A stretch of DNA of 32,000 nucleotides, taken from assembly GCF_000012925.1 (NCBI RefSeq), contig NC_007517.1, positions 660,001-692,000 of the forward strand, written 5' to 3'. The DNA comes from Geobacter metallireducens GS-15 (lineage in GTDB: Bacteria; Desulfobacterota; Desulfuromonadia; Geobacterales; Geobacteraceae). Below are positions 5,613-12,919 of this stretch, one piece after another (the stretch's first letter is position 1; each line of letters opens with the position of its first letter). Below the pieces are notes generated by a model. It saw only the letters and a program-made list of their open reading frames with translations, ran no database searches and was not told the origin of the DNA. The translations under genes were made by a program, and so were the position numbers.

Positions 5613-8039
5613 GTGAACATGTACACTAAATTGAAAAAGTTGTTGCCGACGCTGATGGTGGCGGGAGCGATGGCGGTTGCGATGCTCCTCGGAACGGGCG
5701 CATCGAACAACGCCATGGCGCTGACCACGGACGACTGCCGTGGCTGTCATACCCCCCCACTGCCCGACACTATTGCCACTATGCACCATAGCCGGGCGAA
5801 TCTTAATGGATACGCGTGTGACTTTTGTCACAAGACTGTTTCCAACGGTTCCGGTGGCTTCGTTCTGCTCGATGTCTATAACTGCGGATCATGCCACGCC
5901 CTGGTTGACCACGCTGCTGCCCACGACAAGGCGTCCACCGCCCCTGATTGCGCCCAGTGCCACAGTCTTGGCATGGTGAACGAGCACCTCACGCGCACTT
6001 CCACTTGCTCCACCTGCCACAACAGCACGAAGCCCGAAGTGCAGAATACCATCACGATCGGCATGGGACCCGCCGGGCAGCCGGTCAACTGTCTCAATTG
6101 CCACATCAGCATCAACCACATCGCCCAGCATGACAAGGCCGTTCCCTCGGCCGAGTGCGTTTCCTGCCACGCCCAGGGGGTTGTCTACGAGCACCTGAAC
6201 CGTACTTCCACCTGTGCCACCTGCCACCAGAGTACCAACGCGGCGGTGGTGAAGGCGATCGCCGATGGCCGCGCCGGGATCACGGTCAACTGCGTTTCCT
6301 GCCACGGGGTGGTGAACCACATTGCCCAGCACGACAAGGCCACGGCTAACGTGGACTGCGCCCAGTGCCACAATCTTGGCGTGGTGAACGAGCACCTTTC
6401 CCGCACGTCCACCTGCGCCACCTGCCATTCCAGCACGGTTCCGGCGGTGCAGCAGACCATCGCAACCGGCAAGGCAGGCACGGTGGTTACCTGCTCCAAC
6501 TGCCACGTGAGTGTGAATCACATTGCCCAGCACAACATGGTGGTAACGCCTGCGGACTGCGCAGGGTGCCACACCCAGGGAGTGGTTTACGAGCACACGA
6601 ACCGGACCTCCACCTGCGCCACCTGCCACCAGAGCACCAACGCCACCGTTCAGAAAACGATCACCGACGGTCGGAACAATATCCAGGTATCCTGCGCCAA
6701 CTGCCACGGCACGGTGAACCACATTGCCCAGCACGACATGGCCCAGACCGCGGCCGAGTGCGCCCAGTGCCACACCAAGAGTGTCCTTGACGAGCACCTG
6801 ACCCGGACTTCCACCTGCGCCACCTGCCACTCCAGCTCCCGGGTTGAAGTCCAGAACGCCATCACCGCCGGCCGTGCCGGCACGGTGGTCAACTGCGTCA
6901 CCTGCCACGGCCAGTACAACCATCCCACGGCCCACACCGGCAAGGTCAGCGCTCCCTACGCCGACTGCAACACCTGCCACATCACCAACCTGACCGACCT
7001 GCACGCCCAGCGGGGCTTCCAGTGCGCCGCCTGCCACGCCAGCACCAACACGGCCATAACCGCGGCCGTCCAGAAAGGTCTCGGCGGTCAGCCGGTAGTC
7101 TGTGCCGACTGTCACAACGCCATCGGCGGCTTCGGTAACCATGCCGGCCAGCATGACAAAATCAGCCTCATCGACCAGACCGGCTTCATCGCCGCCCATG
7201 AAGAGAAAATGGTCTACTGCACCGCCTGCCACACCAGCACCAACGCCACGGTGGTCAAGGTCATCAACGACGGCATGGCCGGCATCCAGCAGAGCTGCAA
7301 CGCCTGCCACACCGTAGCCGGCAACAACCTGCCGCCGACCGCCAACGCCGGCGCCGACGTGACGGTTGGGGTCAACCAGGCGGTCACCTTCACCGGCAGC
7401 GGCACCGATCCCGACGGCACCATCGCCTCCTACGCCTGGAACTTCGGCGACGGCACCACCGGCAGCGGCGCCAGCGCCACCAAGACCTACACCACGGCCG
7501 GCACCTACACCGCGACTCTGACCGTCACCGACAACGCCGGGGCCACCGCCAGCGATACCGTCATCGTCACGGTCCAAGCGGCCCCGACCAGCAGCTCGGT
7601 CTTTGCCGACCAGGTTCTGTCCATGCAGCGGCTCTACTCCGTCACCTCCTCGGACAGCAACAGCAGCGATGTCACCGCCAACTTCCGCGACGGCAACACC
7701 ACCGACCGCTACCTGCTGCAGTATGGCAGCAGCGGCAGCAACTACGTCATCGCCATGAAACTGAACCGCGACGCCTTGACCGCCACCAAGGTGGTGCTGC
7801 GGGTGTACGTCTCCTCCATCAGCTCCTCGCGGACCCTGAGGATTTACCCGTACCAGTCTAACGGGACCTCGGTGAACACCCGCTACTACACGAGCTACAG
7901 CACGAGCAGCACCGGGTGGAAGGATATCGACGTCACCTCCATCGCCCAGCGGATGAACGGCTACGGCTGGATGAAATTCCGTGTCGCTCCCTCCTCGAGC
8001 AGCCTCTACGTTGCCGAGGGCGCCTTCCAGGTCCAGTAA
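5613..8039 (+). CDS. Secreted modular multiheme c-type cytochrome with 23 CXXCH motifs, a C-terminal PKD-like domain and an unassigned Ser/Thr-rich domain (cassette copy 1)
   Basis: Sec signal peptide ending in AMA. I counted 23 CXXCH motifs by eye. Five 67-69-aa triheme modules are present. The PKD-like segment is ANAGADVTV...YAWNFGDGTTGSG...YTATLTVTDNAGATASDTVIVTV. The start is GTG 5613 or ATG 5619, with RBS AAGGAGGA at 5598-5605. Confidence 0.9.
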   Translation: MNMYTKLKKLLPTLMVAGAMAVAMLLGTGASNNAMALTTDDCRGCHTPPLPDTIATMHHSRANLNGYACDFCHKTVSNGSGGFVLLDVYNCGSCHALVDHAAAHDKASTAPDCAQCHSLGMVNEHLTRTSTCSTCHNSTKPEVQNTITIGMGPAGQPVNCLNCHISINHIAQHDKAVPSAECVSCHAQGVVYEHLNRTSTCATCHQSTNAAVVKAIADGRAGITVNCVSCHGVVNHIAQHDKATANVDCAQCHNLGVVNEHLSRTSTCATCHSSTVPAVQQTIATGKAGTVVTCSNCHVSVNHIAQHNMVVTPADCAGCHTQGVVYEHTNRTSTCATCHQSTNATVQKTITDGRNNIQVSCANCHGTVNHIAQHDMAQTAAECAQCHTKSVLDEHLTRTSTCATCHSSSRVEVQNAITAGRAGTVVNCVTCHGQYNHPTAHTGKVSAPYADCNTCHITNLTDLHAQRGFQCAACHASTNTAITAAVQKGLGGQPVVCADCHNAIGGFGNHAGQHDKISLIDQTGFIAAHEEKMVYCTACHTSTNATVVKVINDGMAGIQQSCNACHTVAGNNLPPTANAGADVTVGVNQAVTFTGSGTDPDGTIASYAWNFGDGTTGSGASATKTYTTAGTYTATLTVTDNAGATASDTVIVTVQAAPTSSSVFADQVLSMQRLYSVTSSDSNSSDVTANFRDGNTTDRYLLQYGSSGSNYVIAMKLNRDALTATKVVLRVYVSSISSSRTLRIYPYQSNGTSVNTRYYTSYSTSSTGWKDIDVTSIAQRMNGYGWMKFRVAPSSSSLYVAEGAFQVQ
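5907..6917 (+). repeat. In-frame tandem coding repeat: five triheme modules (207, 201, 201, 201 and 201 nt) inside the 23-heme cytochrome gene
   Basis: The NHIAQH codon block recurs at 6114, 6315, 6516 and 6717, exactly 201 nt apart. A related DHAAAH block sits at 5907 and a degenerate NHPTAH block at 6918. Each module carries 3 CXXCH plus 3 additional conserved His. Confidence 0.9.
6525..7066 (+). repeat. Near-identical duplicated tract, copy 1 (partner 10048..10589)
   Basis: Manual alignment at a constant offset of +3523 nt gave one mismatch (near 6575) in 542 nt. Identity falls off sharply on both flanks. Confidence 0.9.
7578..8039 (+). repeat. High-identity duplicated tract covering the C-terminal domain, copy 1 (partner 11101..11562)
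   Basis: Manual alignment at offset +3523 found about 20 differences in about 460 nt. Most are third-position synonymous changes. Confidence 0.85.
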
Positions 8040-8087
8040 GGGAGGTGTGACGTGAACAGAATCCAGCGAACCGAATGGAGGAAAGAA

Positions 8088-9170
8088 ATGAAGCGCATCG
8101 TCATCACTACAGCCGCGCTCCTCGCCATGGCGGCTCCGGCCATGGCGGGACACACCGCCGCGGTTGGGCAGGGGAACTGCTCCTACTGCCATAAAGTAAA
8201 CCTGGTAACCCAGCACGGCGGCTTTGCCGCCACCGTCTGCCAGACCTGCCACGACATCCCGGCAACCGACGGCATGGCAACCGCCGTGAAGGACACTATC
8301 GCTGCCGGGGTAGCCGGCCAACAGTACGCCTGCTCCAACTGCCACGGGTCGCAGTCCCATGCCCAGAAACATCCCGGCTACGCGGCGAACTACTCCACGT
8401 ATAACGGGGTTGAGCCGGGCTACGGCACCACGACGTGGACCGGAGCGACCAGCTATACCCCGGCAACGCCGGCAGCCAAGATGTACCAACTCTGCGTCAA
8501 GTGCCACTCCTCCAACGGCCTTGGCGCCACAACCAATGCCACGTCTGGTGTTGTTGGTCCTTCCGGGCTCAACCTGACGGATCAGGCCTGGGAGTTCAGC
8601 CCCACCAACCGGTCCGCCCACCCGGTCATCGTCACCCTCAACAACCAGACCGGCTCCCCCGCACCGCGCGCCCTGAAAACAACGGAAATGAAGGCGCCGT
8701 GGCTGAATGTCGGAAACCAGACTATGACCTGCGCCGACTGCCACGACTTCGTCGATACCGGTATTCAGGGGGCGGGAATCACCTGGTCCCTGAAGGGGAC
8801 CAACAAGGCATGGCCCTACACTGTGGCCGGGGTTACCACCGGCACCTTCCAGACGATGAACAACAACTCCATGTCGTTCTGCTGGAACTGTCACAACTTC
8901 TCCGGGGCAGGCGAGGTTCACACCACCGGTGACCATAGCGGCGTCAAGTGTATCGACTGTCATATTCGGGTGCCCCATGGCGGCAAGGTGTCGCGGCTCA
9001 TTGGGACAGCCACCCCCGGCCTGCCTGCCCGTTACTCGGGCGACGGCAAGGGAGGCGAGATGCCTCACGTCACCGCCTTCAAGAAGGCCGCCTCGGGAAC
9101 GTACGGTACGTCCAGCTGCAGCACCAACTGCGGTGAGCATGGTTCCATATCAGGGGGCGAAACCTGGTAG
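8088..9170 (+). CDS. Secreted multiheme c-type cytochrome with 7 CXXCH motifs (partner gene, cassette copy 1)
   Basis: Signal peptide MKRIVITTAALLAMAAPAMA. The 7 CXXCH motifs are CSYCH, CQTCH, CSNCH, CVKCH, CADCH, CWNCH and CIDCH. The ATG at 8088 has RBS GGAGGA 5 nt upstream and matches the paralog's start; the listed ORF begins at GTG 8052. Confidence 0.88.
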   Translation: MKRIVITTAALLAMAAPAMAGHTAAVGQGNCSYCHKVNLVTQHGGFAATVCQTCHDIPATDGMATAVKDTIAAGVAGQQYACSNCHGSQSHAQKHPGYAANYSTYNGVEPGYGTTTWTGATSYTPATPAAKMYQLCVKCHSSNGLGATTNATSGVVGPSGLNLTDQAWEFSPTNRSAHPVIVTLNNQTGSPAPRALKTTEMKAPWLNVGNQTMTCADCHDFVDTGIQGAGITWSLKGTNKAWPYTVAGVTTGTFQTMNNNSMSFCWNCHNFSGAGEVHTTGDHSGVKCIDCHIRVPHGGKVSRLIGTATPGLPARYSGDGKGGEMPHVTAFKKAASGTYGTSSCSTNCGEHGSISGGETW

Positions 9171-9200
9171 AGTGCAATTGAGTTTGTTTCAAGAGAGAAT

Positions 9201-9224
9201 GGCCGGGGGAGCCTTCCCCCGGCC
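9201..9224 (+). other. Perfect 10-bp GC-rich hairpin (GGCCGGGGGA-gcct-TCCCCCGGCC) just after the cassette 1 stop
   Basis: The inverted repeat was read directly. It is followed by an A-run rather than a T-run, so it is not a canonical intrinsic terminator on the + strand. Confidence 0.5.
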
Positions 9225-9281
9225 TCACTGAAAAAACTCAACAGAAGAGGTCATAGTGGACGAACTCCATAACCTACTCAA

Positions 9282-9308
9282 GGCGGCAGATACGGTGCCG
9301 CCTTTTTT
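9282..9308 (+). terminator. Rho-independent terminator separating cassette copy 1 from copy 2
   Basis: GGCGGCA-gatacgg-TGCCGCC followed by TTTTTT. Confidence 0.8.
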
Positions 9309-9315
9309 GTACTTC

Positions 9316-9344
9316 TTGCAATATGTGTCACAAATAACTAATAT
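9316..9344 (+). promoter_or_regulatory. Candidate sigma70 promoter for cassette copy 2
   Basis: TTGCAA (9316-9321), a 17-nt spacer, then TAATAT (9339-9344). It lies about 80 nt upstream of the ATG at 9424. Confidence 0.5.
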
Positions 9345-9423
9345 TCGTTAATCAATGGTTGGGGCTTGATTCTTCTCGTTGGTCGTGTAAAAGGCTGTGT
9401 CACGGAGTTGAAAGGGGAAAAAG

Positions 9424-11562
9424 ATGAAGACTGAAGATGGCTCTGAAAGGGGGCGCCTGACCGTTTTTGCGCTGCTGGCACTGTTCCTGTTCGTGCCGAT
9501 TATGCAGCCCGAGGCCCATGCGCTTGTTGAGAACAATTGCAGGGGGTGTCATAACGATGCGCAGGGGAAAACCGCGGACCGGCACCATGCGCTGCTCAGT
9601 CTAGGAAAGCAATGTCTTGACTGCCACCAGATGGTTGGTCCGTCCGGAAGTCAGACTCCTGTTGTGGTTCGCGATTGCATTGCATGTCATGGCGACCTGA
9701 TTCACCAGGGACGACACCATCAACTGATCGCTGAGCGCGGTAAACAATGCCTTGACTGTCACCAGATAGTTGTGGACGCTTCCGGCGCCAATACGCCCGT
9801 TGTGGTCCGGGACTGCAGTGTCTGTCATGCGACCATGAACCCCAAGACCAATCACAATAATGCCATGGCCGATGTCAGTTGCGCCCAGTGCCATAACCTT
9901 GGTGTGGTGAACGAGCATCTTTCCCGCACGTCCACCTGCTATACCTGTCACAGCAGCGTTAATGTCACGGTGCAACAGACTATACTTTCCGCAAAGACAG
10001 GGGTCGTGGTCACCTGTACTTCCTGCCACGTTGGTTTTGATCACGTAGCCCAGCACAACATGGTGGTAACGCCTGCGGACTGCGCAGGGTGCCACACTCA
10101 GGGAGTGGTTTACGAGCACACGAACCGGACCTCCACCTGCGCCACCTGCCACCAGAGCACCAACGCCACCGTTCAGAAAACGATCACCGACGGTCGGAAC
10201 AATATCCAGGTATCCTGCGCCAACTGCCACGGCACGGTGAACCACATTGCCCAGCACGACATGGCCCAGACCGCGGCCGAGTGCGCCCAGTGCCACACCA
10301 AGAGTGTCCTTGACGAGCACCTGACCCGGACTTCCACCTGCGCCACCTGCCACTCCAGCTCCCGGGTTGAAGTCCAGAACGCCATCACCGCCGGCCGTGC
10401 CGGCACGGTGGTCAACTGCGTCACCTGCCACGGCCAGTACAACCATCCCACGGCCCACACCGGCAAGGTCAGCGCTCCCTACGCCGACTGCAACACCTGC
10501 CACATCACCAACCTGACCGACCTGCACGCCCAGCGGGGCTTCCAGTGCGCCGCCTGCCACGCCAGCACCAACACGGCCATAACCGCGGCTGTTCAGAAAG
10601 GTCTCGGTGGCCAACCGGTTGTCTGTGCCGACTGCCACAACGCCATCGGCGGCTTCGGCAACCATGCGAAGCAGCACGACATGGTCACCCTCAACAGCAC
10701 CACCGGCTTCATCGCCGCCCATGAAGAGAAAATGGTTTACTGCTTCACCTGTCACAACAACACTAACGCCGGCTACCAGAAAGCCATCAACGATGGCATG
10801 GCCGGCATACCGCAGACCTGCACCTCCTGCCACGCCGCTTACGGCAACCAGCCTCCGGTGGCCAACGCCGGCGCCAATGTGACCACCACCGTCAACAAGG
10901 CAGTGACCCTCTCCGGGGCCGCTTCCAGCGACCCGGACGGCACCATCGTATCGTACGCCTGGACCTTCGGCGACGGCACCACCGGCAGTGGCGTCTCCGT
11001 CACCAAGACCTACGCCACGGCCGGCACCTACACCGTGACCCTGACCGTCACCGACAACGCCGGCGCCAGCGCCAGCGCCACCACCATCGTCACCGTCCAG
11101 GCGGCCCCGACCAGCAGCTCGGTCTTTGCCGACCAGGTTCTGTCCATGCAGCGGCTCTACTCCGTCACCTCCTCGGACAGCAACAGCAGCGACGTCACCG
11201 CCAACTTCCGCGACGGCAACACTACCGACCGCTACCTGCTGCAGTATGGCAGCAGCGGCAGCAACTACGTCATCGCCATGAAACTGAACCGCGATGCCCT
11301 GACCGCCACCAAGGTGGTGCTGCGGGTGTATGTCTCCTCCATCAGTTCCTCGCGGACCTTGAGGATCTACCCGTACCAGTCCAACGGAACCTCGGTGAAC
11401 ACCCGCTACTACACGAGCTACAGCACGAGCAGCACCGGGTGGAAGGATATCGACGTCACTTCCATCGCCCAGCAGATGAACGGCTACGGCTGGATGAAGT
11501 TCCGTGTCACCCCCACTTCGAACAGCCTCTACGTTGCCGAGGGTGCCTTCCAGGTACAGTAA
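9424..11562 (+). CDS. Secreted modular multiheme c-type cytochrome with 19 CXXCH motifs, a C-terminal PKD-like domain and an unassigned Ser/Thr-rich domain (cassette copy 2)
   Basis: Signal peptide ending in AHA. I counted 19 CXXCH motifs by eye. The N-terminal third differs from copy 1. The central modules and C-terminus are paralogous to copy 1 and partly identical to it. Confidence 0.9.
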   Translation: MKTEDGSERGRLTVFALLALFLFVPIMQPEAHALVENNCRGCHNDAQGKTADRHHALLSLGKQCLDCHQMVGPSGSQTPVVVRDCIACHGDLIHQGRHHQLIAERGKQCLDCHQIVVDASGANTPVVVRDCSVCHATMNPKTNHNNAMADVSCAQCHNLGVVNEHLSRTSTCYTCHSSVNVTVQQTILSAKTGVVVTCTSCHVGFDHVAQHNMVVTPADCAGCHTQGVVYEHTNRTSTCATCHQSTNATVQKTITDGRNNIQVSCANCHGTVNHIAQHDMAQTAAECAQCHTKSVLDEHLTRTSTCATCHSSSRVEVQNAITAGRAGTVVNCVTCHGQYNHPTAHTGKVSAPYADCNTCHITNLTDLHAQRGFQCAACHASTNTAITAAVQKGLGGQPVVCADCHNAIGGFGNHAKQHDMVTLNSTTGFIAAHEEKMVYCFTCHNNTNAGYQKAINDGMAGIPQTCTSCHAAYGNQPPVANAGANVTTTVNKAVTLSGAASSDPDGTIVSYAWTFGDGTTGSGVSVTKTYATAGTYTVTLTVTDNAGASASATTIVTVQAAPTSSSVFADQVLSMQRLYSVTSSDSNSSDVTANFRDGNTTDRYLLQYGSSGSNYVIAMKLNRDALTATKVVLRVYVSSISSSRTLRIYPYQSNGTSVNTRYYTSYSTSSTGWKDIDVTSIAQQMNGYGWMKFRVTPTSNSLYVAEGAFQVQ
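9580..9843 (+). repeat. In-frame two-fold coding repeat of about 132 nt, each unit a diheme segment (RHH...GKQCLDCHQ...TPVVVRDC..CH)
   Basis: RHHALLSLGKQCLDCHQMVGPSGSQTPVVVRDCIACHG aligns with RHHQLIAERGKQCLDCHQIVVDASGANTPVVVRDCSVCHA. Confidence 0.8.
10048..10589 (+). repeat. Near-identical duplicated tract, copy 2 (partner 6525..7066)
   Basis: See 6525..7066. The ORF track independently shows identical spurious off-frame ORFs at 6650..6943 and 10173..10466. Confidence 0.9.
11101..11562 (+). repeat. High-identity duplicated tract covering the C-terminal domain, copy 2 (partner 7578..8039)
   Basis: See 7578..8039. Confidence 0.85.
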
Positions 11563-11607
11563 CGTAGTGAGACTAATCAGAGTCCAGGAACTGAAAGGAG
11601 AAACGAA

Positions 11608-12657
11608 ATGAAGCGCATCGGGATCACATTCATCGCGCTCCTCGCTTTGGCCGCTCCGGCCATGGCGGGACACGTGGCAACCATAGGGACGGGCACGTGC
11701 GGTTCCTGTCATCGAACCAATCTGGTCACCCAGCACGGCGGTTTTGTCGCCACCGTCTGCCAGACCTGCCATGACAGCACCGTTGCTGCCGTCAAGGATA
11801 CCATTGCCACTGGTGTGGCGGGACAGCCCTATACCTGCTCCAACTGCCACGGGGCCGAGACGCATTTGAGCAAGCATGGTGATTACGCCGCGAATTTCGC
11901 CGCCTATAACGGCGTGGAACCGGTTACCAGTGGGATCTGGACGGCACCGTCATCGTACACAAAGGTTACTCCTGCAACCAAGGAGTACCAGGTATGCGTC
12001 AAGTGCCACTCATCCAACGGTCTTGGTTCAACCACCAATAGCGTGAGCGGCGTGACGGGACCGTCGGGGCTGCTTCTTACCGACCAAGCCATGGAATTCA
12101 GCCAGTATAACCGCTCCGGCCACCCCATTGTCACCGGTCTCAACAATTACCCCAATTCTCCCGCGCCCAAGGCCCTTGTGAAGACTCAACTGTCTTCGCC
12201 CTGGAACGTCAACATGGGCAAGCAGACAATGAAGTGCTTCGACTGCCACGGCGCCGATGGCAAGTTGGTTGGCGTCGGCAGGGACTGGCCCTACAACTCC
12301 GCCACCGGCCAGCTCTGGAAGCTCGGTGACGCCAGCAACAGCAAGCTGTTCTGCAAGAACTGCCACCCCCTCGTCAATACGAACAACACGCACTCGGAAA
12401 GCAACCACTCTAAATACCCCTGCGTGTATTGCCACACGCGGGTACCCCATGGCGGCAAGGTAAGCCGGTTGATTGTGACCTTCACTTCGGGACTGCCAAG
12501 CCGGTACTATCCTGACGGGAAAGGTGGCGGGACCCCCAGCTTGCAGGACAAATTGTTGCGCTACACCAAGGCGACATCGGCAAGCCGCTATGACACGCCG
12601 TCCTGCGACGCGGATTGCCACGGCTCCCACCAGAACACAACCGGTGAGGCCTGGTAG
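11608..12657 (+). CDS. Secreted multiheme c-type cytochrome with 7 CXXCH plus one CX3CH motif (partner gene, cassette copy 2)
   Basis: Signal peptide MKRIGITFIALLALAAPAMA. The motifs are CGSCH, CQTCH, CSNCH, CVKCH, CFDCH, CKNCH and CVYCH, plus a C-terminal CDADCH. It is collinear with 8088..9170 but clearly more diverged than the large genes are from each other. Confidence 0.88.
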   Translation: MKRIGITFIALLALAAPAMAGHVATIGTGTCGSCHRTNLVTQHGGFVATVCQTCHDSTVAAVKDTIATGVAGQPYTCSNCHGAETHLSKHGDYAANFAAYNGVEPVTSGIWTAPSSYTKVTPATKEYQVCVKCHSSNGLGSTTNSVSGVTGPSGLLLTDQAMEFSQYNRSGHPIVTGLNNYPNSPAPKALVKTQLSSPWNVNMGKQTMKCFDCHGADGKLVGVGRDWPYNSATGQLWKLGDASNSKLFCKNCHPLVNTNNTHSESNHSKYPCVYCHTRVPHGGKVSRLIVTFTSGLPSRYYPDGKGGGTPSLQDKLLRYTKATSASRYDTPSCDADCHGSHQNTTGEAW

Positions 12658-12713
12658 GTCCTCTGGCCGGACAGTGAGGGTTGCCTTGCTGTTTGCCGGC
12701 GGTATTTAAACCC

Positions 12714-12747
12714 GGGGCGTCTGTCGTATGCGGCAGGCGCCCCTTTT
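12714..12747 (+). terminator. Probable intrinsic terminator after cassette copy 2
   Basis: GGGGCG(tc)...(gg)CGCCCC stem followed by TTTT. Confidence 0.55.
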
Positions 12748-12852
12748 ACGTCATCCCTTCCCATTGGTCTGCCCCTTCCCAATGCTCAATTTTCCTGCAG
12801 CTAATCAGGGTCTCCCCCTCGTTTGGGCTGATTTCACTTTGCCGGTTTTTTG

Positions 12853-12881
12853 TTGACAACAGAGACTTTGCTCAATAGCAT
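12853..12881 (+). promoter_or_regulatory. Candidate sigma70 promoter for leuB
   Basis: TTGACA (12853-12858), a 17-nt spacer, then TAGCAT (12876-12881). Confidence 0.4.
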
Positions 12882-12919
12882 TAAGTACTTTTGTATATTT
12901 CTTGTGCGGGGGTGTAGGG

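Noticed and set aside
5907-6917. Regular 201-nt periodicity that might be mistaken for a CRISPR-like or non-coding tandem array
   Set aside because: The repeats are in frame and only about 60-75% identical. They have no unique spacers and encode the CXXCH heme modules of a single long ORF.
5889-9140. Very long minus-strand ORFs: 5889..9140 (1083 aa), 9601..11877 (758 aa), 12881..15589 (902 aa), 1221..3422 (733 aa), 29487..31289 (600 aa), 20104..21252 and others
   Set aside because: They run antisense to + strand genes that have strong, specific motif evidence (CXXCH arrays, LeuB, Asd, RpoB). They cross intergenic regions and several genes. Their translations are low-complexity Gly/Ala/Arg/Val-rich with no recognisable motifs. 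This is the expected stop-codon-poor antisense frame of GC-rich coding DNA.
9201-9224. GC-rich perfect hairpin followed by an A-run, considered as a terminator for a minus-strand gene
   Set aside because: There is no credible minus-strand gene converging on it. It more likely stabilises the 3' end of the cassette 1 mRNA or acts together with the canonical terminator at 9282-9308.
12755-12785. Short direct repeat CCCTTCCCA(T/A)TG occurring twice, 18 nt apart, between the cassette 2 terminator and the leuB promoter
   Set aside because: It is only 9-11 nt, pyrimidine-rich, and has no dyad symmetry or known motif. There is too little information to call it an operator.
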